A stretch of DNA of 63,897 bases, counting the filler, from Hyphochytrium catenoides (taxonomy: Eukaryota; Protista; Hyphochytriomycota): NCBI GenBank assembly GCA_900088475.1. It is 13 parts of 13 records of this genome, joined end to end, with 100 filler letters (N's around TTAATTAATTAA, not from the genome) between each part and the next. Parts side by side here need not be neighbours in the genome. Positions count along the whole stretch, not along the records: positions 1 to 26,688 come from FLMG01003933.1; 12 more parts are not named here. The stretch is one strand, 5' to 3'. Below, piece by piece: positions 12,062-22,933 of the stretch; within the stretch, counting starts at the first letter, position 1; every line of letters begins with the position of its first letter. The notes below the pieces were generated by a model. It searched no databases. It was not told where the DNA came from and saw only the letters and a program-made list of their open reading frames with translations. Made by a program: the position numbers and the translations under genes.

Positions 12062-13330
12062 CTAGCGCCTTTCAGCTTTACTGGTAGAGCCCCTAGGTCT
12101 TCCGCGGCCGCGCTTTAGGGGGAGGGGAACGCCGTTGACCACAGTTGCACTTACTCCTGGCATGCTGGCCTCAAAATCACAATAGGAACATGTCCAGCAA
12201 ATGATCTCCATTCGTCCTGTGATCAGACGGATGCTCTTTGTCACTCGATCAGGAGCTGGGTCGCCGACTCGTAGGCCGGGACACTGGCTGAAGTGCTGCT
12301 GCTCCATAAATTGATCTAGAAGAAAAAGGTCCATGCAAATCGGCTCTTCTTCTCTAAGGCTGCATGGCGCAGGAGGTACCTCCGCCTCGCCAGCCTTCTC
12401 ATGGGTAAGGTTGTTCCTGCGGCCCTTCTTGCCTTTGTTGGGTTTAGATCTGGATGGAGGCGCAGTTGCAAGGACACCCGGTACGTCGGTCCAAGACACC
12501 CCGTCATTAAGTCTGTCCACTTCTTCCTGAGTGAGATTGATAATACGGCCTCGCGCTGGGTTGCGAGAAGGCAACTGCGGGTGAGAGTCTAGGTCGCTCC
12601 AAGGGCTATGTAGGCGGCCATGGATGTGGTCGAGCTCGTCCTGAGTCATTGCGCTGAGAGAGTCTCTCGTCTTAGACTTTTTAGACTTTGGCCCAGGTGG
12701 TGGAATGACCTTATCTGTGATAATCAGGTCAAGGGAGACATGAGTCTCAGTCTCGTCGGTCTCAGGGAAGCTGACGTCGAAGGTTTTGTCCAGGTAGTTT
12801 AGTCCATGAACAATGCCCTCTTTCCGGGCTCTCGAGCCCTTCTTCCCAATAATTCTCTTGCATTTGACTGTCACTGGGCTGTTCACCTGAAGCTCATAGG
12901 TGTCGAAGAGTTTCTTGCTAGAGGAAGCAATCTGAGAAATTGTTCCATAATGGCGCTCACAGAGGTGATAGAACGGACTCATCTTTCCCGTAGTGCGCGA
13001 CTTTTTATCAGCGAAGGGACGGATTTCCACTTTGGCATCAGCCGCTAGCTCCAGGAGCGTCTTGCCAGCAACAGCCGACTGGCAGATCTTGTGAAGTCTG
13101 CCATGACAGATAGTTTTGTTGCATCTGCCACCATAGGAACTTAGCAGTCCATTTCCTAGCACACAGGATGGCAGGGCGGTTGGTGACATGGAGTCTTTCG
13201 AACTAGATAAGCAAGGTTTGGCTTCTGATATTGAGTCAGGTGAAGGAAGAGGCATGTCTGCCGTCTTTCTCGAGGCAGACGCCCTGCTAAGGTTTGACGC
13301 GCCGGGCGGAGGCTGATTTTCTTTCTCCAT
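12062..13330 (-). CDS. Intronless 422-aa putative DNA/chromatin-binding protein (THAP-like C2CH finger, Tudor-like segment, H/C zinc finger, AT-hook); probably the N-terminal half of a Mutator-like transposase
   Basis: Open 1.27-kb ORF. Motifs: C..C...HLCERHY, EGIVHGLNYLDKTFDVSFPETDETETHVSLDLI, HFSQC...CWTCSYC, KRGRGRPRG. Domain labels are by eye. Confidence 0.55.
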   Translation of the reverse strand: MEKENQPPPGASNLSRASASRKTADMPLPSPDSISEAKPCLSSSKDSMSPTALPSCVLGNGLLSSYGGRCNKTICHGRLHKICQSAVAGKTLLELAADAKVEIRPFADKKSRTTGKMSPFYHLCERHYGTISQIASSSKKLFDTYELQVNSPVTVKCKRIIGKKGSRARKEGIVHGLNYLDKTFDVSFPETDETETHVSLDLIITDKVIPPPGPKSKKSKTRDSLSAMTQDELDHIHGRLHSPWSDLDSHPQLPSRNPARGRIINLTQEEVDRLNDGVSWTDVPGVLATAPPSRSKPNKGKKGRRNNLTHEKAGEAEVPPAPCSLREEEPICMDLFLLDQFMEQQHFSQCPGLRVGDPAPDRVTKSIRLITGRMEIICWTCSYCDFEASMPGVSATVVNGVPLPLKRGRGRPRGSTSKAERR

Positions 13331-14550
13331 CAACCTTTATCTTTTTTGGGGACCGATGTCCTCCCAACGATCAGCGCCCTTATTTATCCCTGAATCCTGA
13401 CTGCTGGTGGCACGTTGGCAGTTCTCAGTAAAAAGAGCTTAAGAGCTTCCGGGGGATCTGGGAATCAGATGAATGAGATAGAAATGACCTGGCCTTGAGC
13501 GAATGTCAAGAAGCGGTAGCTTGAGTTCAGATGTGTGTCCTTCCTCCTTTCTTCTTTCCCCATGTCGTTTATCAGTCCAGGTTCAAACCTGTGTGAGTTC
13601 TGAGTGCAGGAAACTATGAGAAGCATGATAATGTGTCGATTGTCTGTTCTTCTTCTCTGGCGCCTCGAGGCAATGGGGAGCGCCCGTGCCAGGACTAAAG
13701 CCTTCAGAAGCGTGCAGCAGTGCTTTGTTGAGCCCCTGGCGGAGAGCTATTCATGGTTCTTAGGCGCAGATCAAACCATCAAATCTTCTACCAATTTTGA
13801 ATCCTACACCGAGCTTAAATCATCGCTTCTGATAGTCAATTAGGATGGACCTAGTATTTGAACTTGGATAAGAAGCATAAATGGCTTTACAACGCTGAAT
13901 AGCTGTTTAAAGGCTGTAGGCTTCTACGGAGTACGTTGTTTCCTCTTTCATAACAACCCAGATATCAGCCAAAGGGTGTCCTCCACTTAAGTGCTCTCCT
14001 TACGTTTTCGTATTTCTTATTGTTCGGATTGGACTGCTATTCCTCTTAGCAAAATGGGTACAAAAAAGCTCGTCCTTCGCATGGAAATATAAGACGAAAT
14101 TATAAAAAGCCTATCTTCAGGTTGAAAGACCCTAAGACTGACGTATATTTTGTGTCTCTGTTAATCCGCTAGCCGCAGGTCTTGATAGCCGTTAGCGGAT
14201 AAAAGGAAGGGCTCCCCGATGACCGCTAACGGAATCGCCGTGAATGTGAAGAAAAAAATCTTTCAGAAGCAAGTCGACTCTCAGCTCGGAGCTTTCTCAG
14301 TGTTCGCAGTCTTCATGATGGGAGTTGGGGCTTCTTTCTTGACCTTCCTAGCTCTCAAGGAGAACTCCATGTCTCGCCAGCTTGTTGCTGGTCGGCTTTG
14401 GCACTGAAGAGAGAAAGATTATTGTCGCTTCAACGGGCAGGGAGACGTCCTTCGTGACTAGCTGTTCTCTTCCACTATCAGGATCTTATTGCGGTAGACA
14501 GAACGGCCTTGAAAGTTCATAGACGCGCTGAAGTCCTTCTACCCCCAGCA

Positions 14551-15575
14551 ATGATGTTTCGACAGTCACTCCTTCGCCGTGTACCTCTAGCTGTCCAGAG
14601 TGCAATACGAGCACCTCTTAAGCGTCAAGCTCCGGCACTCTATGTGGCTAACTTCTCCAGTCGCCAGGCCTCTTCGGGTATTGACCGGTCACTCGATGTA
14701 CCGATTGCTAAGCGGGGTCCTTCGAAGGCCTTTACTTCTTTCTGTGGTCCTCCTCTGCCCAGCTTCGCTTTCTTTCTCTCTCTTTGCTCGTTCTCACAGC
14801 TATCCGGCGTCATTGGTGCAGTACCGTTACCTTTATGCATTCGTAGACGTCACGCCTTCCTTACGCGTCTTGGCATTTCTCTAGGCCGTGTGCAGAAGAT
14901 TGAGTCAATGGACCAGTACCAGACATTTGTGAAGGACGGAAAGTCGGTAGTCTACTTCACGGCCGTATGGTGCCCGCCCTGCAAGATGATCAGTCCAGTC
15001 TATGATGAACTAAGGTGAGCGCGAGAGGGCTAATAAGAGAGAAGAATCTGACCGTGGTGCGGCAATGATATATTATCCATTTGGTTGAGGGTGCAAATAT
15101 TGAACCGCGACACTGCATGTATGGAGCAAACATAAGACAGGAATTGGATAGAAGGAGCCGTCTTCCTTCAAATGTTAGAGGGCGAGGGGCGCCACATCAG
15201 ATTGTTTCTAACCTACCTCAGTATTGAGAAGCAGATGACACTGAGCATGACGGCATTGGCACTTTAAGCTTACATAGTGTCTTCTTCACTTAGCTCTCAG
15301 TTCCCCGACGTGAAGTTTGGCAAGGTTGACGTGGATGATGTGGGGGATGTGGCAGAAGCTGCGGGAATCCGGGTAAGTCAACAGCAAGACAGCTTCATTG
15401 CTCGCCGTGTGCAACTGAGATGATGATGATTGCCATCTGTACTCGCATTGCCCATATCCAGGCTATGCCAACCTTCCAATTTCATAAAGATGGACAGGAG
15501 ATGAAGACGATGAAGTTTGAAGGGGCAGATCAAGGCAGATTAAAGGAGTCTGTGGACTCTCTGGACGCCCAGTAA
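14551..15575 (+). CDS. Thioredoxin (WCPPC active site) with a probable mitochondrial presequence, 4 exons
   Basis: Exons ~14551-14677, 14885-15014, ~15294-15372 and ~15462-15575 splice in frame: SVVYFTAVWCPPCKMISPVY...FGKVDVDD...IRAMPTFQFHKDG...EGAD. The N-terminus is Arg-rich (MMFRQSLLRRVPLA). Confidence 0.93.
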
Positions 15576-15758
15576 TGTTTGCCCCAAAACAAAGGAAAAA
15601 AGAAAGCGAAAAGTGAGTGCGAGAGAGAGAGATGAGAGAAGGAGAGAAGAAAGCGGGAGCCGACGAGGACGACGACGAGGCTATAGGTTCAACCGTTATA
15701 GTAAGGTTATGATTGACTCTTGACAAAATGGAGCCGTGAGGTCTTATTGGCACAGTCC

Positions 15759-18700
15759 TTATCCGGGAATTTGTGGTCCAGGAATGAAGCTATCGAGGGT
15801 CTTCAAAATGGTCTCTTGTGAGAACACTCGCCGCATAGCGGACTGGGCCTTGACACCCTTTATGGCCTTTGAAGGGTCTGCGCCTGCTACTGCCGGCGTG
15901 ATGAGGTGTGAGGGGTACTTTCTGCAAACAGAAAGTGAAGTGAGAATCGTGCCGAAGAGCTAGCGTAGGACGAAACAGCTCATTTTCATAGAACCAGCGC
16001 GAAGTGACCCACTGAGAGAGAGAGAGCGTTCCCCTCCATGTCGCCCTTGTTAGAGCAGAGAGATGCTATCCATCCAGGTGGCGATTACTGGTGTCTAGAA
16101 GCACGCCCAACAGAAGACAAGAGGCTTCACAACCCACCTGTCATGGAAAATCTTGATCTTGGCTTTGGTGAAGCTCTGCATATCCGTAAGAGCATCTAAA
16201 GTGCCGCTATTACGTATCCAGCGAGGATGAGAGCCTTTGCAGTGACGAGGGAATGAAGAAGGGAACCAAAGAGTGTTAGGCGTTGTCAGTATGGAGTAGG
16301 TTGGCGTTCAAGCAAAAGCCCAGCCACTCCACGGTTGGGCCCATGCAGAGGAGAGTGGGTACCTGATGCAATCATCACTCGCAGCCTGTGACCCTTGAGA
16401 AAGCGCTTCGCAGTGGCCCAGAGGTCAATTTCGACCTCCATTGGCACGTCAGTGCCCTTCGCTTCTTCCGCGGCCGCTCTCTCGGCTTTCCTTCCCTTAG
16501 GCTGGATCTCCACAAAATCACTAGCCGACTTACTAGTCGTGACAGCGGGCTTCACCCTTATCAGCCCATCGCAAACGTGATGGGAGTTGCCCTTAGGGTC
16601 CACATCGCAAAGTCTGCCGTAGTAGTCAACCATGTGGCCAGTGCTCGACCTAGGAAGAAAGATAATCGTCAAAGTGATGCTCATGGACTCTTGTCCACCA
16701 TCTTCCCAGGCTTGTCTCTTACCACGCATAGAGCACGAGCCTTACGTATCCTACAATCTCGAGGTCCTGCTGCAAGGGCTCTGAAGTGAAGACAATGGTG
16801 TCTTCTCTCTGTTCCAGAGGCCGGTTTTCCACGGCTCCAGCAGCTATAGGATGGAACACTGGCCCTGAAAGAGACCCACCATAAGGGATCTTAGAGTGGT
16901 GCGGAGAAGAAGCAAGAGTTCGGGCCCACCAAGTTTGAAGGAGCTCAGATCACTAGGCTAAACGCCAGCCTTAGGGCTATGAAAGAAATTGAGAGCATAC
17001 GCCGAAAGGAACATAAACAACTGACCAGCACAGGCACCCGGGAGAAAAGCTTCAATAGCAATAGAAGTAATATCAGTACCTCCGTGTGTTGGTGTAGGGT
17101 TCTCAGGGTCATAGGTGTACGTGGTGTATGAGTCTTGGCAGCGCGGAGGTTCATTTCGCTGCAGCAATCCCTCAGGATGGAGAAAGTGCTTCACCTCTAT
17201 AGCAGGTGGCGGCCAGGTGTCGAACTCCTTCCATTTGCCGGATGATGGGCGCTCGTTCATCACATAAAGTCGCACAGCTTTACGATAGTCCATGCTGCCT
17301 TCCCCACGAAGCTGCAAGTCAAGAGAAGCGAAAGAAAGAAGTATCAATAGTCGTCATACTATGTACTAGATAATGGTAGAGATGGAGAAGCTGATCCACC
17401 GGGACCGCGTAAGAGCGAGGTTGCTAAGGGCCAGCGGAGGGTTGTGAGTACGTGATCATCTTATACCTGATGGCGGAGGAAGGTCAGCCCTTCCTGCAGT
17501 ACTACCCTGAAACAGTGGAACTGAAGGGATTCAAAGTGCGTCCAAGGGCCAATCGTAAGAAAGTATTGAGGTGACCGTCCTTGCTGTCTAGCTTCTACGT
17601 TGTGCTTCTGTACAGCAGAGAAGTCGGCCAAGGTGGCTGTGCATTGCGAAGTCAAGAAAGGGTGTTAGGATGGACGATGAATGGCATAAAGACAGCACAA
17701 GACGACGATTGAGCCTTTTACAGAGCAGTGAGGTCAAAGGGATAGTTGTCTTGGGAATTTTCCGTTCTATTGGCTTACATCGTAGGAACATGTCAAACCA
17801 GCCCCCCATAATATGTGATGGAGGAGCCAACGGGACGGACTCAGTGTACGACCGAGGAGCCCACCATTTCCCCTAACGGCAGGAGAGTTAGTTATGGTTG
17901 GGTTTGCACGTCACCACCATTTGCGAAGACAGATTAAAGGTGACTGCACTGCAAGGTTTAGAATGGAGAAGGGCTGCAGAAGGGACTCTTCTGCTGACCA
18001 GAACAGGCGTTAAGGAGGAAAGAGTACAGAGCTATGTGCGAGGAGAAAGCGTTACGTATAACGCTTGCCTTGGGATTAGGGTTGTATGTTGTCACCAGGG
18101 GACATCCCATACGTTTGACAGCGTTAACAAAAGACTTCTCTCTGCTCGCCTCAGCCATTAGATGATCCTGCACCCACCAGACAGGCCGATTGAGGTAAAT
18201 AAGGCCTGTAAGTACTCTTTTAGTGTCAAGTCAGGGGGTGTGATAGCGATGAGTCTGATGGGACCCAGCTTGAAAAAGTGAAGTCTCTCTGCTGGTGCCT
18301 ACCGGGAATCGAGAGCATTCTAGGCCGTGCGGCCTTTCCTTCCCCAAGATCTGGATTGCCCTCCGTGGAGCCCCAACGGAAGAACTTATGGGTTCCTTCG
18401 CCTGCGGGATATGCACAAGAAGTCAGATGGAGTCTAATACAATCTTCCTCTTACGCCCTCTTCCCTCTCTCTGTTGCCCGAGTCCTTAATTCCTATACAA
18501 CTCATTTGGTCCTCTGAGCCATTTCATCGCCCCACTTTTCCCACGCGGTAAGGCAGCTATGGATGCGTACCTCCAACTGTGTACATGAGGTGCGTATACC
18601 TCAGGGCAAGGTCCATGGCGTAGGAGTTGTCTGAGTTGTTGATCTGGCACATGTTTGAGGTCGTCATGACCGGTACCAAAGCTGAGAGTGTCGCAATATC

Positions 18701-20024
18701 GTGATCACCTTTCCTCTGCACAAATCAGAAGTTAGTGAGACCAGCTTCAAGGTTCTGTTTTGCTTTTTCCTCTCTCCTTCCAAGACCACGCACACGCAAC
18801 CACTGAGTCACACACTGAGCTTCACACTGCCTCCCTTCTCCCAAAGAACTATTGGCTTCCGGTTATGCTGCTGTCTCTTATCTCCCCAATTCAGTCCGCT
18901 CTGTGTCTCATTAGATGCTCGATCGTCCCCTATCTCGGTTTTCTGACAGCGCCCGCTGATCGCATCCTCATTTTTCGTCTTTTTCTCTACGTTATGGTGC
19001 AGCACTCCACATCTATTTGTTGTCGCGTCTTCAGCTAGGTTGCCTACCTGACACTGCACCTGAGCATGGAGGGCGGCCCACTGTACGATGCCCAAGTATG
19101 AGATTCCAAACATCCCAAGCTTGCCATTGAACCAGCTCTGCCGCTTAATCCAGCGAAGCGTGCGGATGGAATCCTCCACCTCATCTCCCGCATAACTAAA
19201 GTCTCCATCAGAGCCGAAGCGGCCACGACAATCTTGAATGATTACAATGAAGCCGTGCTCACAGAACCTGTAGATAGGGAAGAAGGAGACATAGGAGGGC
19301 AAATATTGCTGCTGGTGAGAAACGTGTTGGTGGATAAGACTAACTCCAACGGCGGATGGAGTGGTGAAGAGAACCAAGGCGTAAGACGTAAGCAGGGACG
19401 AGAAAGCGAGTTTGAGCAGAGAAGAATGAGATGAATGATAGCAAGGTGATGAGAGCAAGAGGAATAAGGAGGAGAGCCAGAGAAAGGCAGAGAGAAAGAG
19501 AATAGAAGAAAAGATAGATACGATCCCAGACGCTACATTCACCGTTGGACGACCTACCTTTGTCCCATGTACTGCAGTAAGAACTTGCTATAGGGCGTCC
19601 GGATCAGCAGAGCGGGATACTCTTCCTTCATCACATTCTCCTTTCGGGGAGAGCGCGTATAGAAGTTGTTAGGCTCTGGAAAGTAGATGTCCATCTCTAG
19701 CATTGGACGGCCATCTCCTTCAATCCGGACATTGGCTCTCCTTGTCACTGAAATCTGTCGTGGGATCGGCGTGCCATTAACGGCTGCCAGCGCGTACTGA
19801 AGTGCTCGAAATCCCTTCCATCGGAGGAGAAGAGCGAGGAGCAGAGTGTATGCAGCTCGCCTAATGGAGGGAGGCAGCCGTTGGAAGGCCTTATAACGAG
19901 TGGCACAGTAGGCGAGGAGCGAGCCCAGCACTTGGCCAACTCTTTGGGCGCTATGCGGCTGTGGTCCACCGGTCCGCCAGTTAGAGAGCGTCGCAGGAGC
20001 CATCGCGGGCGACGCCATGGTCAT
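15759..20024 (-). CDS. CocE/NonD family alpha/beta hydrolase (peptidase S15 / cocaine-esterase-like), multi-exon
   Basis: LIRTPY, QDCRGRFGSDG, WFNGKLGMFGISYLG (nucleophile G-x-S-Y-x-G), GGWFDMFL, LTIGPWTH, YTYDPENPTPTHGG, RLCDVDPKG, FLKGHRLRVMIASG. TAA at 15759-15761. Confidence 0.92.
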
Positions 20025-20506
20025 TTATTAGGGAGATGAGCAAGCTAGAGCGGAGTTATCCCTGGCTCTGTATCCCTTGACTCTGGCTGGTCCTTCGATT
20101 GAACTCTTTAGCTGAACTCCAGGTGCTGAGCTCTATCTCGTCCCTTCTTGCTACCTCCTGCTCGTAAGACGTCTTGTGAAGAAGGGGTCCTTGTCGTTGT
20201 TGAGGAGTGCTGGATCTCTTGCTCAGCACCCGCGACTTAGACTCCTCACACAGCCAGGAGAGACCTAGAACTATCATCAGATCACCTGGCGGGAGCGCCA
20301 AAATTCTTTTGAGATCCTTGAGCTTTGCAGACAGGACCAGGGGCCAGAAGGCCAAGTGATGGAGGGGGAAGAACACGCCCAAAGGGATGACAAGACTCCA
20401 GGAGCTGCGAAGGGCATGAGACGGACAACACATTTGGACCACGAGGATTATGTGTGTGAAAAAGGAGGGGTTGAGAGAGAGACAGAGAGAGGGAGAAAAG
20501 AGAGAA

Positions 20507-20554
<48 letters not shown>

Positions 20555-22933
20555 AGATCATATTTTAGGATCATAAGCCAAGAACTTGACATAGAGGGCT
20601 CACTTGTTACTCCTACTATCCATCACCGAGGACAGAGAGAGAGAGTAGAGAGAGAGATATAGATAGATATAGATAGAGGTAAGAGAGAGAGAGAAAGATA
20701 AGAAAGTGAGAGTGAGAGAGAGAGTGAGAGAGAGAGAGAGTAACAGAGAGAGAGAGAGAGAGAGATCTTAGGCCAAGAACCTGACATGGAGTTGGGCTTA
20801 CGGGCTTCTCTTCTTTCATCAATCACCAAAAGGAAGGAACCTTCCTTGCAGCTGAAGAGGCAGATTTTCTCTAAAACGTCCCTAATCATAAGCCTCCAGT
20901 AGCCGCTTTATATACGCGGATCCTGAGATTGCTTTCCGAAGATGGTCCGCCCCTGCTTCCCTGCTTCAACTTCGTCGCTCACGTCAGGTCCTTAGATGGC
21001 ATCGTGCGTGAGGGCCATTCAGAATAATAGATGTATTTATTAAGGATATTAATCGCCTAGTAAGCTCTATATTGGAATATACAGTATATTGTATGAGTAC
21101 AGTAGACAGAGGAGTCCAGTTGGACGCGTCAGAACCCTTGGAAGCTCTTCATGCAGTGATGGTGGATCCTCAAAGAGACTTATAAAAAACATTAGCAGAA
21201 TGAGGATCGGTGGGCTGCGACCTGCGACAGCCAAGCATGATTGTGCGCTAATTAACGCTTTGTCTTACAGAGACTCTGGCTGTTCCAGTTTCCAACCCCC
21301 ACGTGCTTGAGAGGCTAGCTCTTCATTGGTTAGCATCAAAGAGAGCCCGCACAGGCGGCAGCTGGCACATCATGCTCAACAGATGGCCGCACCATGTCGC
21401 ATCGTCCTCTCTGGTAATTGAGCTGTAAGAAAGGCACTAAATACTCGCAAGATTCCAGACAGGTGGCTGTGTTTAGACTCAGGAGGAAGCCCACCAATGA
21501 GTGGAGGAAGTGGTGCTTTGTGCTTGAGATCAGAGGGGCTTAGGTCCCGTAGAAGTTATGGCGCAGTTCGAAGCTGTCCAGACTGTCGGACCAAATTGTT
21601 GTCTCGAAAAACTAAGCTGTTTTGACTTGATATCTATCTCGAGGATTTCGATAACCCGCAGTGCAAGCTCTTCGTACGGAAAAGGCAGTAGGGCCATGTG
21701 GAATAGAGGGAGATTACTTTTTGAGACACATCCTAATAGCGCCGGGCGAAAGTTCGTTCTCCTTACAACCCTGCTCTCTGAAGGACCATGACAGATAATG
21801 ACCTAGTCCGTACCATGGAACCAGCGGTGTGCTGATGTCAAGGCCAGTGCGCCATATAGGCAGTTGCTCTTTCTTTGCAGTACTATCGGTGCCTTTCGGC
21901 GACTGCTGCTTACTCTTTTTAGGGGCAGCTCAAGGTCACCCTAGACCTCCTTTCATCAGCCTCAAGCTTGATTGTCAAACGCCGTCTATGTAGAATAGCT
22001 TACTTTCCCAGCTTCATGTCTCTTGTTATTCTGCTCATGTAGTGCCTTTTGAGACAACGGTGGGGCATTGTCAACGTTACCTGATCGGCTAAAGATAGAT
22101 GAAGATTCCATACGTTACCACTAAATCAAACAGTCAAATCAGCACTCCACAATCTAGCGGCTGAGCATTTCTTCGATGGCTTGGAGCCACGTATTCCGGC
22201 TTTACTCCAGCACGTCACTCACTGGAGATTCTGCCTTTAAGCGAAAGGACCTCGAGGGCCGTGACAGCGTATCAACAGCAAAGCCACTAAAGATTTCAGC
22301 TAGTCTTTGGAGCTGGGCTGCTATGTTCAGTGGGCCACGCTGCTGGCCCTAACTACTAAGCAGCGAAAGTTAAAAAAAGAGCTGCGTGCTGCTCGTCCAT
22401 GGTGCAGATTTTATGCATCTCCGACCTTGACCAGACGAAGGCCGTTACAGCTCTTCTTTATCCAGAATAGTAACAATGTTGTCACGAATAAGAATCCATC
22501 TATAATGGTGGTATTTGGTATACGATCATCATGAGTGGGGCTGGGTGATGGCAGGAGGTGTCACCAAGAAAACATCTGTCCTCAGGACACCTGGACAGGG
22601 ATGAACTTGTCGCATTTGCCTTCATCAGTCCTTTCAACCTTGCCTTCCCTGCAAGGGGCCGAGCAGATCGAGGGGCTTCTTCTTGCACTATCAGGGCGTA
22701 GTGTTCTGCTGTAAGGGCTCTGTCAAATCATTTGGTCTATAGCCGGTGATAGACTTCGCGGTGACCAGAGGTTAGCCCATCTAAGATTATGACCGGATCA
22801 ATCGGCGTCTTCAGCGTCATGAAGCTCTAAAGGAAAGCGGGACTCTATTGCCCATGAGAACTAAGATCAACATAATACAACGATGTCGCTATAAAGGTCC
22901 CTGAACTGTCATTGGCCTTACGATAGTGCAACA

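Noticed and set aside
14219-14407. 62-aa hydrophobic ORF upstream of thioredoxin
   Set aside because: Short, with no recognisable family, and it overlaps likely promoter sequence; cannot be supported without expression data.
20056-20889. ORFs rich in SLSLSL or ERERER (also around 26000, 32000, 33000, 36200, 44200, 55600, 57400)
   Set aside because: They are translations of (CT/GA)n microsatellites, which lack stops by composition.
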